A program made the position numbers and the translations under genes. A DNA stretch of 64,000 nt, taken from assembly GCA_008363075.1 (NCBI GenBank), contig RHKK01000001.1, positions 47,758 through 111,757 of the forward strand, in the 5' to 3' direction. Source of the stretch: Candidatus Uhrbacteria bacterium. Lineage in GTDB: Bacteria; Patescibacteriota; Patescibacteriia; 2-12-FULL-60-25. This document shows, piece by piece, positions 59,561-64,000 of this stretch; position 1 is the first letter of the stretch; each line of letters opens with the position of its first letter. Below the pieces are notes generated by a model. The model had not been told where the DNA came from and did no database searches. It saw nothing but the letters and a program-made list of their open reading frames with translations.

Positions 59561-59588
59561 TCGCGCAACGCGCAACTCGCATCATCAA
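59561..59588. repeat. degenerate heptad array tcgcgca/acgcgca/actcgca/tcatcaa, 5' of the MetK-like gene
   Basis: Read directly from the sequence, between the uvrD stop and the 59537 start. Confidence 0.6.
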
Positions 59589-59591
59589 AAG

Positions 59592-61733
59592 CTAATAGTC
59601 GCCTAAAAACGATCCGGGTTTCGGTTTTTTTCTACTCGGTTCCTTCTTGAATTTGGTCGTCGGCTCTTCGACGCGAATCGTCGGCTCTTCCCATCCCGCA
59701 TCTTCGGAGTCCCAGCCCCATTCGCCACCGGCTGAACGGGCGCGATGAATCGCACCCCTGCCGAACCCGGCTTCGCGCACCTCGACACGTTCGAACAGAT
59801 GCGGATCGACTTCATCGAGAAATAGGGATGGCTGGTTGAACGTGAGCGCGTCATGACCGACCGTCATCGGATAGGAAAGAAAGAGACGGCGCCGGGCACG
59901 CGTCACGGCGACATAGAACAAGCGCCGCTCTTCTTCCATGCCGCCCTCTTCGGCCATGGCGCGACGATTCGGGAACGCGGTATCGGCCAGATGGATGAGA
60001 AACACCGTGTCCCACTCGAGACCCTTGGCTTGGTGGATGGTGGAAAGCACCATGCGCTCCTCGTCTCCGCGTCCCGGCTCTTGGCGGCCGACCGCGACGT
60101 TGTCGTATAACGAAAGATCGTTCAAAAACGACGTCAGATCGTCGTACCCTTCGGCGAACAGGGCAAGTTGTTCCAAATCTTCGATGCGCTCACGCCAGTT
60201 TGGATATTCGCGCTCGAGATAGTCCTGATAGTTGGATGCGGCCACGGAACGGATGAGCGGCGCGGGTAGGCGACCCTGCTCGACGAGCGAACGCATGACA
60301 CGGACGAAATCCTCCCAACCCGATCGCGCGCGCGACGGCACATTGATCGCTCCGGCCGCCTCGACGATATCCTCGATGCGCTCGGCGCCACGCGTCTGGG
60401 AGGCGAGGTCGGCGGCCGTGGTCGCGCCGATGCCCGTCTGAAGCCCGAGCACGCGCAGCCACGCGACTTCATCCTTCGGATTTTCGTAAATGCGCAGGAA
60501 CGAAATGACGTCCTTGATATGGGCGCGCTCGAAAAATTTCTGGCCGCCGCGATAGTCATACGGCACGTCGCGCTTGATGAGTTCGAATTCCAGCAGTTGC
60601 GAATGCGCGCTTGAACGGAACAGCACGGCGATGTTCGCGAGCGCGACGCCTTCGTTGCGAAGCATGAGGATTTGCTCCGCGACGAACCTCGCCTCTTGCG
60701 ACGCCGATGCGCACGCGACGAGATTCGGCTTGCCGCCGGATTCGCGCAGGCCGACCAGGTCTTTCTTGTATTGTTCCACGTTATGACTCAACGACGCGTT
60801 CGCAAGATCGAGAATTTCCGGCGTAGAACGATAGTTCGTGAGCAGCTTGAACACCTTTGCGCCGGGATATTGATCGGGAAACGAGAGAATATTTTTCACG
60901 TCCGCTCCGCGAAACGCATAAATGGATTGCGCATCGTCACCGACGGCCACGACATTGCCGTGCGCCTTTGCGAACCCGTTCACGATGCGCGCCTGCACGG
61001 CGTTCGTATCTTGATATTCGTCGACGAGCACGTAGCGAAAGCGCTCGGAAATACGACGGCCGAGACGCGGATCGTCGAGCAGCATCGCGAGATTCGTGAG
61101 CAGGTCGTCAAAATCCATCGCGTTCGCCGATTTTTTTCGCGTCTGATATTGCCGCGCGATTTCTTCCAGTTCCGCATCAAACGGCTGGAAGTTCGGATGC
61201 TTCAGTTCCAGCGTCTCGGAAATGGAGGCTTGGGTGTTTCGCGCGTAGGACACGATATTCGAGACGACCGCGGCGGTCGGAAACCGGCGCGCCTTCGGAT
61301 CGATCTGCAAATCCTTCATCACGGCCTTGATGAGATCGCGGCCGTCTTCCTGGTCGAGGATCGTGAAGCTCGACGTGTAGCCGAGCTCGTCGGCGAAGAC
61401 GCGCAGGAGCCGCGCGGCGATGGAATGGAAGGTTCCGCCCCACACGCCTTTGGCGGACGGTCCCAGCACCATTTCCACGCGATCGACCATCTCGCGTGCG
61501 GCCTTGTTGGTGAACGTGAGTAATAGGATCGAGGAAGGATCCACGCCGTGCTCGATGAGATACGCAACGCGATACGTCAGCGTGCGCGTCTTGCCGGAAC
61601 CAGCGCCTGCGAGAACGAGGCACGGGCCGTCGCCGCCGAGCACGACCGCCAGCTGCTCTTGGTTCAGAGCGTTGGGATAGTCGATGCGCTTTGCGGGTCC
61701 GGCGGAATCCGGCGGCAGGACGAAGGTGGACAT
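59592..61733 (-). CDS. pcrA: ATP-dependent DNA helicase, UvrD/PcrA family
   Basis: 713 aa. LNQEQLAVV, AGAGSGKTRTLTYRVAYL (motif I), VLVDEYQDTN (motif II), and the remaining SF1 motifs. Confidence 0.93.
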   Translation of the reverse strand: MSTFVLPPDSAGPAKRIDYPNALNQEQLAVVLGGDGPCLVLAGAGSGKTRTLTYRVAYLIEHGVDPSSILLLTFTNKAAREMVDRVEMVLGPSAKGVWGGTFHSIAARLLRVFADELGYTSSFTILDQEDGRDLIKAVMKDLQIDPKARRFPTAAVVSNIVSYARNTQASISETLELKHPNFQPFDAELEEIARQYQTRKKSANAMDFDDLLTNLAMLLDDPRLGRRISERFRYVLVDEYQDTNAVQARIVNGFAKAHGNVVAVGDDAQSIYAFRGADVKNILSFPDQYPGAKVFKLLTNYRSTPEILDLANASLSHNVEQYKKDLVGLRESGGKPNLVACASASQEARFVAEQILMLRNEGVALANIAVLFRSSAHSQLLEFELIKRDVPYDYRGGQKFFERAHIKDVISFLRIYENPKDEVAWLRVLGLQTGIGATTAADLASQTRGAERIEDIVEAAGAINVPSRARSGWEDFVRVMRSLVEQGRLPAPLIRSVAASNYQDYLEREYPNWRERIEDLEQLALFAEGYDDLTSFLNDLSLYDNVAVGRQEPGRGDEERMVLSTIHQAKGLEWDTVFLIHLADTAFPNRRAMAEEGGMEEERRLFYVAVTRARRRLFLSYPMTVGHDALTFNQPSLFLDEVDPHLFERVEVREAGFGRGAIHRARSAGGEWGWDSEDAGWEEPTIRVEEPTTKFKKEPSRKKPKPGSFLGDY

Positions 61734-61804
61734 GGGCGGATGGTATCAAAAAACCCGCTGCAGGTCAGAGAGCCGCAACGGGCAGACCGGCATTGCCGGA
61801 GTAT

Positions 61805-62533
61805 TCACGCCGCCTCGACATCGAGGTTGGCGACGTTCGGCAGGAGCGAAGGCTCCCGCAAAACGAGATAGCGTACCTCCTCGACGACCTCGCAGCCGAG
61901 CAGCGTCGGCGCAGGGCCGTGCGCGAGGCGCGGTGAGAGTCGGGCGAGCTCGTCGGTACGGATGGCACCGTCGCGCACCAGCTCACGGGCGCCGCGAACG
62001 CTCGCGAAAAGCGCGTGACGGGATGCGCAGTCGTCCGGCGTGAGATCGGCGAGTAGATCGAGACAAGCCTGCACGTACGGCTCGATCCGGTGACGGCGCA
62101 CCTCGTTGCGGCGGATTTCGCCGCGGCGCCAGTGCGGCAGCGCATCCGCGATCGCCTCGCGCAACGTGACGCGCTCGGCCCTGGGCAGGCCAAGACACCC
62201 CTGGATCTCCTTGAGGAGACGAAGCGCCTTCGTTCGGTCCTCCTCCTGGTGGAATAGGAACTTCGCCACGACGACGGCATCGACCTCGGTCTTCAGTCGC
62301 TCGAAACGCGTCTTGAACGCGGGGGTACGATCGAGCTGGAAACAGATGAATGCCTCCAGCATGCGACGCGCGATCAGGTCGCGAACCTTGAGACGGTGTA
62401 GACGCGAACGACGATTCTCTCTGTCATCCGCGCGCTCGGCGTCCTCATCGGCTTCCGGATCGGACGGAGCGACGAGTACCTCGTCGTCTCCTTCACCATG
62501 CATCTGCGCCTCCATGAGGCACCTCGCTTTCAT
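61805..62533 (-). CDS. hypothetical protein
   Basis: 242 aa, helical, Arg/Glu-rich. No family recognised. Confidence 0.5.
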   Translation of the reverse strand: MKARCLMEAQMHGEGDDEVLVAPSDPEADEDAERADDRENRRSRLHRLKVRDLIARRMLEAFICFQLDRTPAFKTRFERLKTEVDAVVVAKFLFHQEEDRTKALRLLKEIQGCLGLPRAERVTLREAIADALPHWRRGEIRRNEVRRHRIEPYVQACLDLLADLTPDDCASRHALFASVRGARELVRDGAIRTDELARLSPRLAHGPAPTLLGCEVVEEVRYLVLREPSLLPNVANLDVEAA

Positions 62534-62628
62534 TTTTTAGGCCGAAAGAACCACCCCCAACGGGGAGTGGCCCGATCGGGAGAACCGCGTAGTAAACCAA
62601 AAAATCGGGGTTTTGTCAAGTTTCTTGG

Positions 62629-63657
62629 CTAAAACCCCGCCCTTCGGCGATTTGCCGCATGCTCCTCCAGCGTCCTGGCGTAATAGGTATTTCCGGCGGC
62701 ATCGGACAGGAAATAGAAATAATCCGACGGGGCCGGATCCAACACGGCGCGGATCACGTCTTCACCCGGATTATTAATCGGCGCTGGGGGCAGACCCGGA
62801 TACTTATATGTGTTAAACGGGGAATCGATGGCAAGATCCGCAGCCGTGGATCGCGCGCGGCCGGAACCGGTCAGGTAACTGATCGAGGCGTCGGTTTGGA
62901 GCGGCATGCCGATTTGCAAGCGGTTCAGGAAGATGCCGGCGACGAGCCGCCGGTCGCGCGGCTCACGGACCTCGGCTTCGACGATCGACGCAAGAATCAC
63001 GACCTCGTCGAGCGTCTTGAGCGGCGCGGATTGCGTGCCGACCGTGGTCGTCGCGAAGCGCGCACCGAATTCATCCAACTGCTTGCGGACGAGACCGTCC
63101 GGCAACTGGTCACCCCACACACGATATGTATCCGGAAACAGATACCCCTCGAGTGAGCGGTTGCGCGGCAAGCCTCGCAGGAACGGATAGTCCGCGCGCA
63201 GCGTCTCGTCGAACGGCGAGCGGTTCGCGGCGCGGCCGATGAGCGCGGTCGTGGTCGCGGCAGACACGCCGTAGGCGGACTCGAGATGTGACGCGATCTG
63301 ATCCACGGTCCACCCCTCGACGATGCGTACCTCCACCTCGCGACGCGCGGGACCGATCGCGAGCGTTCGCGCGATCTCGCGATAGCTCTGCCCCGGACGT
63401 AACTGATACGCCCCGGCCTTGGGGCGGCTCACGCTTCGGTCGAGATACCCGTACAGACGGTAGCGCCACGCGGACGGAATGATACCCACAGCCGCGAGAT
63501 CGGCCACGACCTCGCGACCGGAGCGGCCGGCGTCAACGGTAAACGGGATCGGCTCTGGCGCGGTCGGGCGGCCGAACCATGCCTCGCTCGCGAACCACCA
63601 GCCGAATCCGGCCAGCAAGAGAACCAACGCGGCCGACGCAAAGAGGATACGTTTCAT
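62629..63657 (-). CDS. mltG: endolytic murein transglycosylase MltG (YceG-like)
   Basis: 342 aa. N-terminal TM, ASIVEAEVREPRDRRLVAGIFLNRLQIGMPLQTDASISY, and NTYKYPGLPPAPINNPG. Confidence 0.92.
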   Translation of the reverse strand: MKRILFASAALVLLLAGFGWWFASEAWFGRPTAPEPIPFTVDAGRSGREVVADLAAVGIIPSAWRYRLYGYLDRSVSRPKAGAYQLRPGQSYREIARTLAIGPARREVEVRIVEGWTVDQIASHLESAYGVSAATTTALIGRAANRSPFDETLRADYPFLRGLPRNRSLEGYLFPDTYRVWGDQLPDGLVRKQLDEFGARFATTTVGTQSAPLKTLDEVVILASIVEAEVREPRDRRLVAGIFLNRLQIGMPLQTDASISYLTGSGRARSTAADLAIDSPFNTYKYPGLPPAPINNPGEDVIRAVLDPAPSDYFYFLSDAAGNTYYARTLEEHAANRRRAGF

Positions 63658-63663
63658 GTCTGT

Positions 63664-64000
63664 TCAGTGATCGGAAGATGGTTTGGACTTGCGGGTTTTA
63701 TTGGCGACACGCATCCATCGAACCAGGATGGCGCAGAGAATACCGAGCACGGCGCCGGCGATGATATCGCTCGGATAATGCACGCCCGCGAAGACGCGCC
63801 CGATGCCGACGCCCGCGGCGAGCACGAGCGCAGCCATGCCCCAGGCGGGACTGCCAAGCGTAAGCGCGGCCGCGAACGCGAAGGCCACGGCGGTATGTCC
63901 GGACGGGAATGCGTGGGCCGTGAGCGGCGGCGGGATGAGCCGCAGGATCTCGTCCGATACCTCGTACGGACGCAAACGCCCCACGAGCTGTCCAAGGATA
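63664..64000 (-). CDS. PAP2 family phosphatase (partial; 5' end lies beyond the window)
   Basis: FPSGHTAVAFAF and RVFAGVHYPSDIIAG are PAP2 motifs. The reading frame stays open to the window edge. Confidence 0.8.
   Translation of the reverse strand, partial: ILGQLVGRLRPYEVSDEILRLIPPPLTAHAFPSGHTAVAFAFAAALTLGSPAWGMAALVLAAGVGIGRVFAGVHYPSDIIAGAVLGILCAILVRWMRVANKTRKSKPSSDH

Overview
This is a GC-rich bacterial contig. I saw no rRNA, tRNA, CRISPR array, transposase or integrase. It holds about 62 protein genes, and all but five are on the minus strand.

Recognisable blocks, left to right:
- cysS
- two DoxX-like membrane proteins
- anaerobic ribonucleotide reductase nrdD/nrdG, with nrdD apparently split
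- an ECF sigma / anti-sigma / PAS-fused ECF sigma module
- a CIRCE-controlled heat-shock operon, hrcA-grpE-hsp20-dnaK-(DUF3467 plus two AT-richer orphan genes)-dnaJ
- a five-gene orphan island (15.0-17.8 kb)
- a MacAB-like exporter (HlyD adaptor, ATPase, two FtsX permeases)
- queA
- surface and glycan genes (FG-GAP protein, two GT4 enzymes, an O-antigen-ligase-like protein)
- an accessory stretch (32.6-37.3 kb) with two paralogous Cys-rich DAG-repeat lipoproteins, a roughly 550-nt highly structured non-coding region, and an 82-aa peptide whose C-terminus resembles the nisin ring A/B motif
- a TrmB regulator and a GT4
- mreB
- DUF4012 plus three GT2 enzymes, one of them processive (QxxRW)
- tsaB-like gene and a wHTH regulator
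- rplJ-rplL
- xseA/xseB, CapA, GerMN, a C39-like peptidase, a cyclophilin and a degenerate MetK-like protein
- uvrD/pcrA, mltG and a partial PAP2 phosphatase

The gene content suggests an uncultivated Patescibacteria/CPR-like lineage. This is inference only; the cues are a short HrcA, a tiny TsaB, DUF4012, a DUF5667-like anti-sigma factor, GerMN and anaerobic RNR.

The most unusual aspect is the repeat content:
1. Several families of short palindromic hairpin elements sit at gene ends.
2. Some of these are inserted in frame inside housekeeping genes (grpE, queA, xseA, tsaB).
3. At least 12 loci carry heptanucleotide-periodic tandem arrays, at 5' gene ends and inside surface or glycan genes.

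All calls come from reading the ORF translations and the DNA by eye. No searches were run.
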